IMG/VR virus record: IMGVR_UViG_3300020045_012645
Location: 1-64,000 of that record
DNA length: 64,000 nt
Origin: a virus
Reading direction: 5' to 3' (one strand)
Under the pieces are notes generated by a model. That model was not told the DNA's origin. It was given only the letters and a program-made list of their open reading frames with translations, and did no database searches. Each line of letters starts with the position of its first letter. Position 1 is the first letter of the stretch. Made by a program: the position numbers and the translations under genes. Below, one piece after another: positions 1 to 9,153 of the stretch.

Positions 1-153
1 ATCTACTGCATTAGCAGATGCTTTAATTAGTTGTAACATAATCTTAGCTCTTGTAAAGATATTTGATTTTTGATACAACTCACCTAATCTCTGGCACTCT
101 TGATTTGCACTATCATATAATGATTGAGCATCTATTATGTTTGTCTTTGCCAT
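1..153 (-). CDS. Hypothetical early protein, runs off window (MAKTNIIDAQ...)
   Basis: ATG at 153 directly after the RNAP ORF stop; GGAG RBS upstream; open to the window edge. Confidence 0.6.
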   Translation of the reverse strand, partial: MAKTNIIDAQSLYDSANQECQRLGELYQKSNIFTRAKIMLQLIKASANAVD

Positions 154-154
154 A

Positions 155-1303
155 TTATTCTCCAGTAATTTCTTGTAATAGTCTTGACATTTCATTTGCT
201 ACAAGTTTGTAAGCATCTTGGATTTCATTGTTTTCTGGATTGTAAATATTACAAGCAGAAGCTGTTGTTTTACATTTAGTTAGAACTGCAACTACTTGTC
301 TTTGAGAACAAGATGCATCTATTTCTCTAGGAATATTAGTATAACCATTTTCTATTGCTGATTGTAATGAAATCATTTGTACATATGCAGTCAATGGTTC
401 TTTTGCTGTTTTATAATCTAAAGTATCTGCATTTAATGCATACCATTTTAGTTTAACTTCGTCTATTTCTTTATCTTGTCCAAATGCTGAAGCTATTGCA
501 CATTTGATTGAATTCATACCTTCTGGAGTAATATACTCTGATTCATTGAATGCAATCATAGATTTTGAGAACTCATCTGATTGGATATGATAGTGGTATC
601 CAGCATCGTAAAGTCTACCTCTATAGTCTGGATGCCAATTGAAATAGATTGGTTTTCCTATCATGTGTGGCATAGTAGCTTTTCTTACTTCCCAAATAGA
701 ATGCTTTTCTTCTAAGTCTTTATTTGGTTCTTCTAGGTCTAAATCTAGAATAGTAAATGCTGTTTTATTCATAGTATCTAAAGCAGTTGTTTCTGTAATT
801 TCCCATTTGTATGCACCTAATGGTCTATGAATAGTAGTTGGTTCAAAGTTTGGTAATGGATAATACTCTTTTGATTCTTCTATTCTATACAATGGTTTAC
901 ATTTTAAATATCCATTTACAGTTGTGTACATTTCATACATATTGTTTGGATAAACATCGTCTGGAATATAGTTGGATGCGAAGAATATTAGTTCAGATGC
1001 TACTTGATGTGCATCTTGTACTGAATCTAATTCTTTATCACCAGCTAGTATTGCACTTGCTATTGTACCTATTGCAGATTGGATTGTTTGATGAGAATCA
1101 GATGTTGCATAAGCAAATGCTATTCTATCGTGGTTTGTAAAGTCTGCCAATACAGATTTAACTAACTGTTCTTCTTTAGTTGTTGATCTACTGAAATTGT
1201 AGAAATCTCTGATTATTTGTTGCACATATGCACATATATCTGTGTTAACAAAAGCATCGAATGCTTTTTGATTGAACTCTTTGAAATTTAATTTTTCTTC
1301 CAT
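155..1303 (-). CDS. N4-like RNA polymerase II subunit (T7-type single-subunit family), N-terminal portion including motif A
   Basis: DYRGRLYDAGYH (DxxGR motif), AIASAFGQDK block, motif A EIDASCSQRQ, DAY; stops before motif B. Confidence 0.88.
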   Translation of the reverse strand: MEEKLNFKEFNQKAFDAFVNTDICAYVQQIIRDFYNFSRSTTKEEQLVKSVLADFTNHDRIAFAYATSDSHQTIQSAIGTIASAILAGDKELDSVQDAHQVASELIFFASNYIPDDVYPNNMYEMYTTVNGYLKCKPLYRIEESKEYYPLPNFEPTTIHRPLGAYKWEITETTALDTMNKTAFTILDLDLEEPNKDLEEKHSIWEVRKATMPHMIGKPIYFNWHPDYRGRLYDAGYHYHIQSDEFSKSMIAFNESEYITPEGMNSIKCAIASAFGQDKEIDEVKLKWYALNADTLDYKTAKEPLTAYVQMISLQSAIENGYTNIPREIDASCSQRQVVAVLTKCKTTASACNIYNPENNEIQDAYKLVANEMSRLLQEITGE

Positions 1304-1588
1304 ATTATTTTCCTTTTAACAATTTTATTTATTTAACAACTCTACTCTGGTACTTATGACAATTTATATGTGTATATCTTCTGAGATACAAGATACTCAC
1401 TTTCTTTCCATTCTATGTATTGATTCTCAATCCATATACTTTTATTTTTTTCTAATCTACTTACTGAATGTTGTTCTATAAAAGTTTTAGCAATTCCAAA
1501 GAAAGCTAATAGTCTTATTTTAAATGGTACTCCAAACTTTGTAAGTTTTATATTGTTTACTTTTTGGCATTATCTCTGGCTCCCTTGG

Positions 1589-1795
1589 TTAATACCTACT
1601 TGTTCTTGATTTATGAATATCGAATCTTGTAATTACATCTATAGATTCTATTTCATCTAACTGTACTTTTATATCAGCAATTGTTGATATAGATGCTTTG
1701 AATGGTTCAACAATTACTCTGGTACTACATAATAGTTCTAACTGTTTTTGATGATATGCTACTGTTCTAGCATCCAATGGTTTTATGTTTGTCAT
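1589..1795 (-). CDS. Hypothetical early protein
   Basis: ORF with AAGGA RBS in the early operon. Confidence 0.6.
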   Translation of the reverse strand: MTNIKPLDARTVAYHQKQLELLCSTRVIVEPFKASISTIADIKVQLDEIESIDVITRFDIHKSRTSRY

Positions 1796-1850
1796 CCAAA
1801 ATCCTTTTATATCTTATTTTTACTTTTAAGTCGAAACCAACTCCTAAGAG

Positions 1851-2153
1851 TTAGTTTCTAATTTGTGCTACGATAATTTCGATAGCTTGTTCTTGACTAA
1901 GTCCTGCCTCAACTAATGTTGATACAAGTACTAATTTTTGTTTGATAATCATTTCATCTAGTTGTAGATTTAATGCATTCATACCTTTTCTGAAAGCTTT
2001 TACTAATTCAGATGTACCTTCAGTTATTTCAGAGATTATTTCTGTTGTGTCTTGAAACACACCTTTTGATGTTTGCCAAATGCTTTTGTCGTTCTCTGCT
2101 TTACTCATTAGGTCGGCAAAGCTATATGTTTCTTTTACTACTGGTGCTGACAT
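1851..2153 (-). CDS. Hypothetical early helical protein (possible paralog of 3200-3424)
   Basis: AAGGA RBS; weak similarity FADLMSK..IWQT vs MASLFSK..VRQT. Confidence 0.7.
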   Translation of the reverse strand: MSAPVVKETYSFADLMSKAENDKSIWQTSKGVFQDTTEIISEITEGTSELVKAFRKGMNALNLQLDEMIIKQKLVLVSTLVEAGLSQEQAIEIIVAQIRN

Positions 2154-2254
2154 TTTATTTTCCTTTATGTCTTGGTTTATTGTTGGCTCTATACTAGAGA
2201 TTCCTTCGTCCGATAAAGCTATTAGCTATTTAGCTCTATAACTTTGTTATGTTG

Positions 2255-2338
2255 TTATCTGTTTACCATTGAGTTTATAGATTTACATTCTTCTAGTGTT
2301 GAACATAATGTTCCATCTATTGCTATGTAGTATGACAT
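2255..2338 (-). CDS. 27-aa early peptide (MSYYIAIDGTLCSTLEECKSINSMVNR)
   Basis: Read manually; AAGGAAAG RBS upstream. Confidence 0.45.
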   Translation of the reverse strand: MSYYIAIDGTLCSTLEECKSINSMVNR

Positions 2339-2359
2339 TGTATCTTTCCTTTGATGTTC

Positions 2360-2411
2360 TATGTAGTACCAGAGAAGAGTAATTTAATACTTAATTATCT
2401 GGTACTACATA
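2360..2411. repeat. Inverted pair of CTGGTACT motif (14-bp arms)
   Basis: tatgtagtaccaga ... tctggtactacata. Confidence 0.9.
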
Positions 2412-2450
2412 TTGTGGTTATTTTTATATCTTTTATTGAAACTTTATTTG

Positions 2451-2474
2451 CAAGGAGAGGTTGAAGTCTCCTTG
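2451..2474 (-). terminator. Stem-loop after early gene
   Basis: caaggaga/tctccttg 8-bp stem just downstream of the 2484 stop; weak U tract. Confidence 0.45.
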
Positions 2475-2483
2475 AAGTTTTGA

Positions 2484-2777
2484 TTACGCACCTAATTTTG
2501 CAAATCTTGAAGCGATGCTATCTGTTGTAACTACTGGTCTATCCGCTTGTTCATCGGCACTCATGAATGAATGATGTATTCCAACTTCAACTAATTTGTT
2601 CAAGTAGAACTCACCTTCAGCTTTGTTAGCTTTTAAGAAACTGATGTTTCCAAACCAAATTGGTTGACCACCCTCAATAGTTGGTTCATCATAGATTTTG
2701 AAAGTTACAAATTCTGCTTGTTTAGCTCCACCTAATTTTGCTCCAGATGCTGGTGCTACTAATTTTAATTCTGACAT
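2484..2777 (-). CDS. Early protein, positional candidate for N4 gp2-like ssDNA-binding RNAP II activator
   Basis: Start reassigned to MSELK (AAGGA RBS); second early gene; aromatic beta-rich core; function inferred from position only. Confidence 0.55.
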   Translation of the reverse strand: MSELKLVAPASGAKLGGAKQAEFVTFKIYDEPTIEGGQPIWFGNISFLKANKAEGEFYLNKLVEVGIHHSFMSADEQADRPVVTTDSIASRFAKLGA

Positions 2778-2838
2778 TTTATGTCCTTTTTTATGAGTAA
2801 GATATATCAAACTTTTCAATTTAAAATTTCAAATTTTG

Positions 2839-2859
2839 ATACTCGAAAGACTAGCATAG
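2839..2859 (-). promoter_or_regulatory. Candidate virion-RNAP hairpin promoter (copy 2)
   Basis: atactcgaaagactagcatag, identical to 3479-3499; template-strand CTA-GCA-TAG triloop hairpin. Confidence 0.65.
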
Positions 2860-3199
2860 CCAGATCAGTAACCAATCAGAAATCGAAGGAGGTACGACTG
2901 GTACCAACAAGAGAGAGTTGGACACAAGCCGTTAGGCAAAGAGTACCCAAGGAAGCTGGAACATTAGTAGAACTAGAACTAAGCTGACAGGCTGAGTGAT
3001 ATATAACTGGTACTTATGATATGCACCTATAGTTATCTTGTAAGTGAAGCAATGTGAAGTAATATATATTGGGATAAGAGATGTGAAGCACAGATAAGAA
3101 TGAGTAGAAGCCTATAAAGACTTCTTAAATTGTTTGCCTCTTAATGAAGCACCATAACGATATACACAAGACAATCGAAGTTGTCTGTCTGAGAAGAAC

Positions 3200-3424
3200 T
3201 TAAGCTTTTGCACTATACTTGTCCATAAGTCTTTGTCTTGATTCTTGCTTCATATCTATAAGTTCATATCTAGCTAGTTCTATAACATCTGCTACTGCTT
3301 TAGCTGATTGAGAGATAGTATTAGCTACATCTCCAACTGTTTGTCTAACACCTGAACGCTCTGATACTGATTGGATGTCTTTACTGAATAGAGAAGCCAT
3401 GTCGATATTGTTTGTTGTTGCCAT
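3200..3424 (-). CDS. First early protein (MATTNNIDM...)
   Basis: Start reassigned using AAGGA RBS; lies downstream of promoter repeat. Confidence 0.7.
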   Translation of the reverse strand: MATTNNIDMASLFSKDIQSVSERSGVRQTVGDVANTISQSAKAVADVIELARYELIDMKQESRQRLMDKYSAKA

Positions 3425-3478
3425 AGGAAAATCCTTGTTTATGATAAAAGATATATATGTCAATAACCACAAAGACAT

Positions 3479-3499
3479 ATACTCGAAAGACTAGCATAG
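3479..3499 (-). promoter_or_regulatory. Candidate virion-RNAP hairpin promoter (copy 1)
   Basis: 21-nt exact repeat about 55-60 nt upstream of two early genes. Confidence 0.65.
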
Positions 3500-3844
3500 G
3501 TTACAAGAGGTACGATTGTAACAAGAAGTAGGATAGATATGCAGTACTCGTTGAGGTTGGTACATGTTCCACTAGAGCAGAAGTGAAGCAAGAATAAAAA
3601 GGGTACCAACCAAGAGTACCAAGTACCTAGGGGGTATGATTTGAATTTGTAGGCTGTGGGAGTAGAAGCTACACTGTACATAAAATATATTTTTTTTCTC
3701 AGAATTAAACCTTAAACTAAACTTAAGAACTATGCTCATCTATACATAAAATATAAAAAATTTGTTCATACCTTCCTTAATTCTACCTTAAACTACACTA
3801 CACTATATTCCCTATGTACTCTATATATAAATAGGTAATATAAA

Positions 3845-3885
3845 TCAATCGGTCAGCCTAAATAGTCAATCGGTCTATAGACCGA
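3845..3885. repeat. TCAATCGGTC direct repeats and perfect 16-bp palindrome TCGGTCTATAGACCGA
   Basis: Repeats at 3845 and 3866; palindrome 3870-3885; further AATCGGTC at 3972. Confidence 0.8.
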
Positions 3886-3965
3886 AATTTTACTGTTTTT
3901 TAGTGCTCTGAATACGTTAACGACGGTAGTTAGATATTCGTTTTCGCTGTTTTTAATAGTTGCTC

Positions 3966-3994
3966 TTGACAAATCGGTCAGAACTATATATAAT
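3966..3994 (+). promoter_or_regulatory. Canonical sigma70 promoter of the ParB-like gene
   Basis: TTGACA-17 nt-TATAAT; spacer contains AATCGGTC. Confidence 0.8.
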
Positions 3995-4020
3995 TACAAA
4001 ACTAAAATAAGGACAGCAAC

Positions 4021-4767
4021 ATGAAATTTACTGAACCAAAATATTACAGCATAGATGAACTATCAATTCATCCAGAGGCTAATGCTACACCAATAATGAC
4101 ATTGGAACAATATAATGCTCTAAAGCTAGACATTGAAAAGAATGGACAAATAGATCCAGTTATTTTGTTTAGAGGAAAGATAGTTGATGGTAGACATAGA
4201 TACAAAATACTGTCTGAACTTTTATACAAAACAATATCAGGAATCAGTATGCCAAACAATTCAACACTTACTGAAATAAAATCACTTGTTAAAAGTAAAG
4301 AAACTCATAGACATCAAACACCTACTCAACTTGCTATATATGCATATAGACAAATGATTAAACATAATGAAGATCAAAAGAACAAAGATAAGTATATGAC
4401 TCAATCAGATGCTGCTAAAGAATTTGGAGTTGCAGTAAAACAAATTGGTAGAACAGCAAGAATAGATACAAAACTTTTAAGACCTGATATATTAGATAGT
4501 CTATTTGATGGAAACAAATTTAACATTGGAACAATGCATAGACCATTATTAACAGACAGTCTTCAATCAGTAATAAATTACCTTGACAAGATAAGCGCTG
4601 AACAATCAACTGTATTATCAGATATAGTATTTGAAGAACAACTAACAGAAGAAGACAATCTTGTTGTAGCAAAGATAATGAACATAGCACGAGATCAAAA
4701 AAGAATTGTTAGAGAAGCATTATCTAAAAAACTATATGCTGAACTAAATGACTTACCAGATGAATAA
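4021..4767 (+). CDS. ParB/Srx N-terminal domain protein with HTH
   Basis: LKLDIEKNGQIDPVILFRGKIVDGRHRY (ParB box); MTQSDAAKEFGVAVKQIGR HTH. Confidence 0.85.
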   Translation: MKFTEPKYYSIDELSIHPEANATPIMTLEQYNALKLDIEKNGQIDPVILFRGKIVDGRHRYKILSELLYKTISGISMPNNSTLTEIKSLVKSKETHRHQTPTQLAIYAYRQMIKHNEDQKNKDKYMTQSDAAKEFGVAVKQIGRTARIDTKLLRPDILDSLFDGNKFNIGTMHRPLLTDSLQSVINYLDKISAEQSTVLSDIVFEEQLTEEDNLVVAKIMNIARDQKRIVREALSKKLYAELNDLPDE

Positions 4768-4911
4768 ACATAATCAGTATAAGAGCTGGTACTCATCAGT
4801 GTAGCTAGAGCGAAGACGAAGTAGCTGCGACAGCAGCAATGAGGATGAGTCTCTAAGCGGAACTGATTATCTAACTACAAATAACAATACCAAACTATAG
4901 GAGCCAGAGAA

Positions 4912-5295
4912 ATGAAGAATGTTGTTAGAATATATAACTCAAATATTACACTAGTTGAAAAAGTATATCTATGCTATGGAAGAAAAGCATATGATAAGTT
5001 CTGTAAGAAAAGATTTAAAACACAAGAGAGCCAGATTATAACTAAAGGTGGTGTTACATCTCTATGGGATAAACATAATGGAAGTTTTGAATGTGCTATT
5101 GGTGTATTGAAAATAGACAATGTTATTCAGCTAAAAGGATTGGTAGTACACGAGATTACTCATGCTACAGATTTTATCATGAGACATAATGATTTAACTG
5201 ATATGGAATTCAGAGCATATTGCAATCAAGCTATGTATCAAACAGCTATAGAATTTATAGACAAGATAGTTTCTAAAAAGAAGAAAGTAAAATAA
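4912..5295 (+). CDS. Hypothetical protein with HExxH zincin-like motif
   Basis: VVHEITHA...EFRAY. Confidence 0.7.
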   Translation: MKNVVRIYNSNITLVEKVYLCYGRKAYDKFCKKRFKTQESQIITKGGVTSLWDKHNGSFECAIGVLKIDNVIQLKGLVVHEITHATDFIMRHNDLTDMEFRAYCNQAMYQTAIEFIDKIVSKKKKVK

Positions 5296-5320
5296 ACGCC
5301 ATTGTATCTTACCAGTTATG

Positions 5321-5343
5321 TTTAAGTTATGTGTATGTATAAT
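5321..5343 (+). promoter_or_regulatory. Campylobacterota-type sigma70 promoter
   Basis: TTTAAG-N11-TATAAT; same spacing at 8351, 22291, 25478 and 48500(-). Confidence 0.65.
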
Positions 5344-5375
5344 ATGTGCATAAAATAAACATAATAGGAATTAAG

Positions 5376-5546
5376 ATGGTAAAAGAAGAAAAGATTAGGC
5401 TGAAGCCAATAAGACGAACAACATTATTAGATGATGTCACTATAAAGATATTAGAAGACTATGGAATGAATAAATCTGGTACTACAAATATAAGTAGTGC
5501 TATACGACATATGGCTAGAGATTTTGATAGCAGGAGTAAAAAATGA
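5376..5546 (+). CDS. Small ribbon-helix-helix-like DNA-binding protein
   Basis: RRTTLLDDVTIKILEDY...NISSAIRHMARDF pattern; AGGA RBS. Confidence 0.6.
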   Translation: MVKEEKIRLKPIRRTTLLDDVTIKILEDYGMNKSGTTNISSAIRHMARDFDSRSKK

Positions 5547-6346
5547 GTGAAACTATAGATGATAATAAACAACTAGAACTTATAAATAAAGGTGATTCGC
5601 CTACTTGTAAAAGTCAAAATATCACAAAGGAAAAACTACAGAAGTTTATGCCTAGAGGTACAAATGCTAAAGTAACAGATGAAATACTAGAGATAATTCA
5701 TAATATAGAAGATGATACTGGATTGAATCAATCATATGCTGAAGAACGAGTTATGAGTTGTATTCATTTAATGGGAAAGCAAGGTGTTACGTTAGAAAAG
5801 CTTGTTAATGCTGTTAAGTTCTGTACATTGAAACAACACATGACAAATAAGAAAGCATGGGCTATTACATTTCCTGATGAATATGATAGAATTGTAGCAA
5901 GAAATATGGAAGTAGATAGTCATGTATCTATGTTTAATTCTACATATTTAGTAATTGAAATAGACAAGATGATGATAGTACCATTTCATTTGTTGTACAA
6001 CAAGATAAAACATGAAGCTCTTGAGGTTCAAGTTAATTTAATGAGAGGAATTGGAGCTAATGATGATGATAGAGTTACTCCACATATTCAACATTTAGCA
6101 GCGAAGACTGTATCTGAAATACTTAAAAGTCCAGAAGAAAATAGTATTGAACTTAAAATTGGTGCTAGTGATGCTGTATTGGCTCAACAACAAGAACTTA
6201 ATGATCATCTTGCTGAGATTGTTGCTAATCAAAGAAAAGCTTTTCAGCAAGGAAAAGATGTATCTGAACTTCAAAGAATTCATGTTGCAAATAAAGATAG
6301 AAATTATGAAGAACCAGAAGACATAATCTATGATGATGAGGAATAG
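5543..6346 (+). CDS. N4 gp69-like protein (putative terminase small subunit)
   Basis: Immediately upstream of TerL as in N4; similar size. Confidence 0.6.
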   Translation: MSETIDDNKQLELINKGDSPTCKSQNITKEKLQKFMPRGTNAKVTDEILEIIHNIEDDTGLNQSYAEERVMSCIHLMGKQGVTLEKLVNAVKFCTLKQHMTNKKAWAITFPDEYDRIVARNMEVDSHVSMFNSTYLVIEIDKMMIVPFHLLYNKIKHEALEVQVNLMRGIGANDDDRVTPHIQHLAAKTVSEILKSPEENSIELKIGASDAVLAQQQELNDHLAEIVANQRKAFQQGKDVSELQRIHVANKDRNYEEPEDIIYDDEE

Positions 6347-6349
6347 AAT

Positions 6350-8281
6350 ATGCATATAAGTCCAGAAAAACTTGGAGAAGAATTATCCTTAATATATCCA
6401 CGAGGAATTGATCCTCACTGTGGATACAAAGTTGGAAGTGATGGAATAGTTATGGAAGCATTTGAAGATGGTAGAATTACTGTTGACAAGCTTCTTGATA
6501 ATATAGATTTAAAGTTAGATTGGTATGTACCATCTGACTTTGCTATTGAGTTTATTATATTCATTAGGCTTGTGTTGGGTGAAGAACCTGAAAATACATC
6601 TCCTAAAGCTCATTACTTTTTTATAGATTGTGTATTTCAACAACCTAATGTTAAACCATTTTTTATGGTTAGAAATATAGACTTTGAAGCGCTTAAAGAT
6701 AGAGTTGTAATTTTAGCTAGTCGTGAATTTAGTAAGTCAACTTTAGTTGCATATCTAATATTATATATGGCTGCTAAAGGACGAGTTCCTGGGTTTGGTA
6801 GAGTTAACTATGGATTGTATGTTGCAGACTCTATGCGTAATAATGTTGAAACTACAATGACTACAATCAAGAAAGTATATCAAGAAAGTAAATACTTAAA
6901 AGGTTTATTTGAAGATACAAGACTTATACAAACAGAAGTAAGTTTTATTAGAAAGCCTAGAACTAAAAAAGAAATGGAAGCATATGAATTAGCTGTTACG
7001 GTTGAAAAACTAAGACCAGAAGAAGTACCAGGTCGAATGAAGCGAACATTTACATTGGTTGGTATTGGAGCAAATACTGGTGGTAGGGGATCAAGAGATG
7101 GACTTGCCAGACCAGACTTTACAATATTTGATGATATTCTTCCTAGTGAAGCTGAAGCAAATAGTGATGCTATTTTATCAAAAGTTGAATCAACAATTGA
7201 ATCAGATATTTTACCAGGTATGAATAATAATGGAAACTTCTCAATTATGATTGGTACTCCATACTCAAAAAAAGATCCAGTATATAGAAGAATTGAACAG
7301 GGAACTTGGTTGCCAGTTGTGTTTCCACGAGGCAACAAACTACCTACTGATGAGAAAACATTTGTTAGTGTCTGGGAAGATAGACATAGTTACAAGAACT
7401 GTAGAAAAGATTATGTTAGAGCTATGAAAGCTAAAGAGATGGGAGATGGGTCCAAGATGCGTTCATTACTTCAAGAGCACTATTTGAGAATTAGTAGTGA
7501 TGAGGATAGAATGATAAGCGAATCAATGGTTCAATGGTATAGTAGAGTAGATATAGAAAAAAGAATTAGTCAATATAATTTATACATGACAACTGACTTT
7601 ACAACAACTGGTACTTCTGGTTCTGACATGAGTGGAATTGCTACCTGGGCAATGGGGCAAAACAATGATATATTTTTATTAGATTTATGTTTGCGAAGAC
7701 AAGAAATTGAAACTCAATATGATGAAGTATTTAGAATGGTAAACTACTGGACAAAAAATAATCCAAGGGGAGTAACAGTTGGTATAGAAGTTGATGGTCA
7801 ACAAAAGAGTCATATCTATTCACTAAAAGAAAAAATGATTAAAAGAAATGAATGGTTTACAATTGGAAAACAAAAGGGAGCAAAGCCTGGCTCTGAAGGT
7901 ATATTAAGTAGACTTGAAAAAGGAAACAAGCATTGGAGATTTAGAATGATGCTTCCATTGTTTCAAAATAAAAAGATTTGGTTTCCATATGAATTAGAAG
8001 ATACAAATGATATGAGAGAATTAATGGAACAAATCAAATATGCAACATATACTGGATTTGGAACTAAATGTGATGATGGAGCCGATTTGATATCACAACT
8101 TGGAATGCTAGATGTAATATATCCAATGAAGTCTATGTATGACGAAGATGGTCCTGAAGAATATAGATATAGTGCTGCAATAGATGGTGGAAAAACTGGA
8201 CCAAAAAGATCTCATGGAAGTTATTATAAAAGTTCACATAGTAAAGATAAAGAAGATAGTATGTATTCATTGTATAACTAG
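6350..8281 (+). CDS. terL: Terminase large subunit (N4 gp68-like)
   Basis: ASREFSKST Walker A variant, TIFDDI Walker B, IGTP coupling motif, nuclease MTTDF and DDGADLIS. Confidence 0.92.
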   Translation: MHISPEKLGEELSLIYPRGIDPHCGYKVGSDGIVMEAFEDGRITVDKLLDNIDLKLDWYVPSDFAIEFIIFIRLVLGEEPENTSPKAHYFFIDCVFQQPNVKPFFMVRNIDFEALKDRVVILASREFSKSTLVAYLILYMAAKGRVPGFGRVNYGLYVADSMRNNVETTMTTIKKVYQESKYLKGLFEDTRLIQTEVSFIRKPRTKKEMEAYELAVTVEKLRPEEVPGRMKRTFTLVGIGANTGGRGSRDGLARPDFTIFDDILPSEAEANSDAILSKVESTIESDILPGMNNNGNFSIMIGTPYSKKDPVYRRIEQGTWLPVVFPRGNKLPTDEKTFVSVWEDRHSYKNCRKDYVRAMKAKEMGDGSKMRSLLQEHYLRISSDEDRMISESMVQWYSRVDIEKRISQYNLYMTTDFTTTGTSGSDMSGIATWAMGQNNDIFLLDLCLRRQEIETQYDEVFRMVNYWTKNNPRGVTVGIEVDGQQKSHIYSLKEKMIKRNEWFTIGKQKGAKPGSEGILSRLEKGNKHWRFRMMLPLFQNKKIWFPYELEDTNDMRELMEQIKYATYTGFGTKCDDGADLISQLGMLDVIYPMKSMYDEDGPEEYRYSAAIDGGKTGPKRSHGSYYKSSHSKDKEDSMYSLYN

Positions 8282-8288
8282 TAACACA

Positions 8289-8349
8289 ATCTCTGGTACT
8301 CTTGATTGGATACAAAATTAAGTAACTATATACATGTAGTACCAGAGAT
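8289..8349. repeat. Inverted CTGGTACT pair after terL
   Basis: atctctggtact ... agtaccagagat. Confidence 0.9.
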
Positions 8350-8350
8350 G

Positions 8351-8373
8351 TTTAAGCAAATATTTTGTACAAT
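8351..8373 (+). promoter_or_regulatory. Sigma70-type promoter
   Basis: TTTAAG-N11-TACAAT. Confidence 0.55.
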
Positions 8374-8401
8374 ATAACAAAATTATAATAGGAGAATTCA
8401 T

Positions 8402-8809
8402 ATGACGTATGGTTCACTAAAAAGCTTAGTATCTGGATTATTGCTTGGTGATAATATGATACCAAAAGATGATGCAGTAATGAAAGCATTATTATCATAT
8501 GCATATAGTATGATTTCTGATAAAGCTGAAGCACTTCATTTATTAACTTTAGATAAAAAAGGTGACATAAATAGATTTGCTACTGGAGAATATCTAATGC
8601 GAAATCCAGAACTTCCAGAAGACGATAGTTCTGAACTTGACATAGATGAAGAGTTATGTTTTGTTACTGCTAGATATATTGCATCAATGCTTAGCAAGGA
8701 AAAAACTGCATTGCATCAACAATATGGAGATGATGCAATATTAAAATATAATGGAAAAGTTTATCAGATATTAGATAATTTAACAAAAGTACCAGAGGTT
8801 GTATTATGA
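8402..8809 (+). CDS. Putative virion adaptor protein
   Basis: Position after terL (N4 gp67 locus); AGGAG RBS. Confidence 0.5.
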   Translation: MTYGSLKSLVSGLLLGDNMIPKDDAVMKALLSYAYSMISDKAEALHLLTLDKKGDINRFATGEYLMRNPELPEDDSSELDIDEELCFVTARYIASMLSKEKTALHQQYGDDAILKYNGKVYQILDNLTKVPEVVL

Positions 8810-9153
8810 GTAGTATTGTAAGTAGATTTATAAAAACATGTGACGATTCTACTGTTCAGGAATGCACAACTGGAACAGAGAAGATAGCATATGCAATTGA
8901 TTCAATGCAAGAAGGAATTCCATATACAATAGATAAAAACATATTAGATGAAAATATATATGTATGGAATAAGAGTTTTATAGATAGAGTATTGCTTTCG
9001 TTTAGTACTACAATTATGCAATCATTTAGTAAAAAAGAAAAAGATTTATTTGATAGATATAGAAGTTTTATAATATATGAAGTTACAAATATTGTTGATG
9101 AAGATGTATTAAAGCTTGACGAATATATAGGAACATTAGGAGTTACTGCATGA
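8806..9153 (+). CDS. Hypothetical protein
   Basis: ATGA-coupled ORF. Confidence 0.65.
   Translation: MSSIVSRFIKTCDDSTVQECTTGTEKIAYAIDSMQEGIPYTIDKNILDENIYVWNKSFIDRVLLSFSTTIMQSFSKKEKDLFDRYRSFIIYEVTNIVDEDVLKLDEYIGTLGVTA

Noticed and set aside
3460-3681. 73-aa ORF upstream of first early gene
   Set aside because: No clear RBS; overlaps the promoter repeat in a purine-skewed, probably non-coding terminal region.
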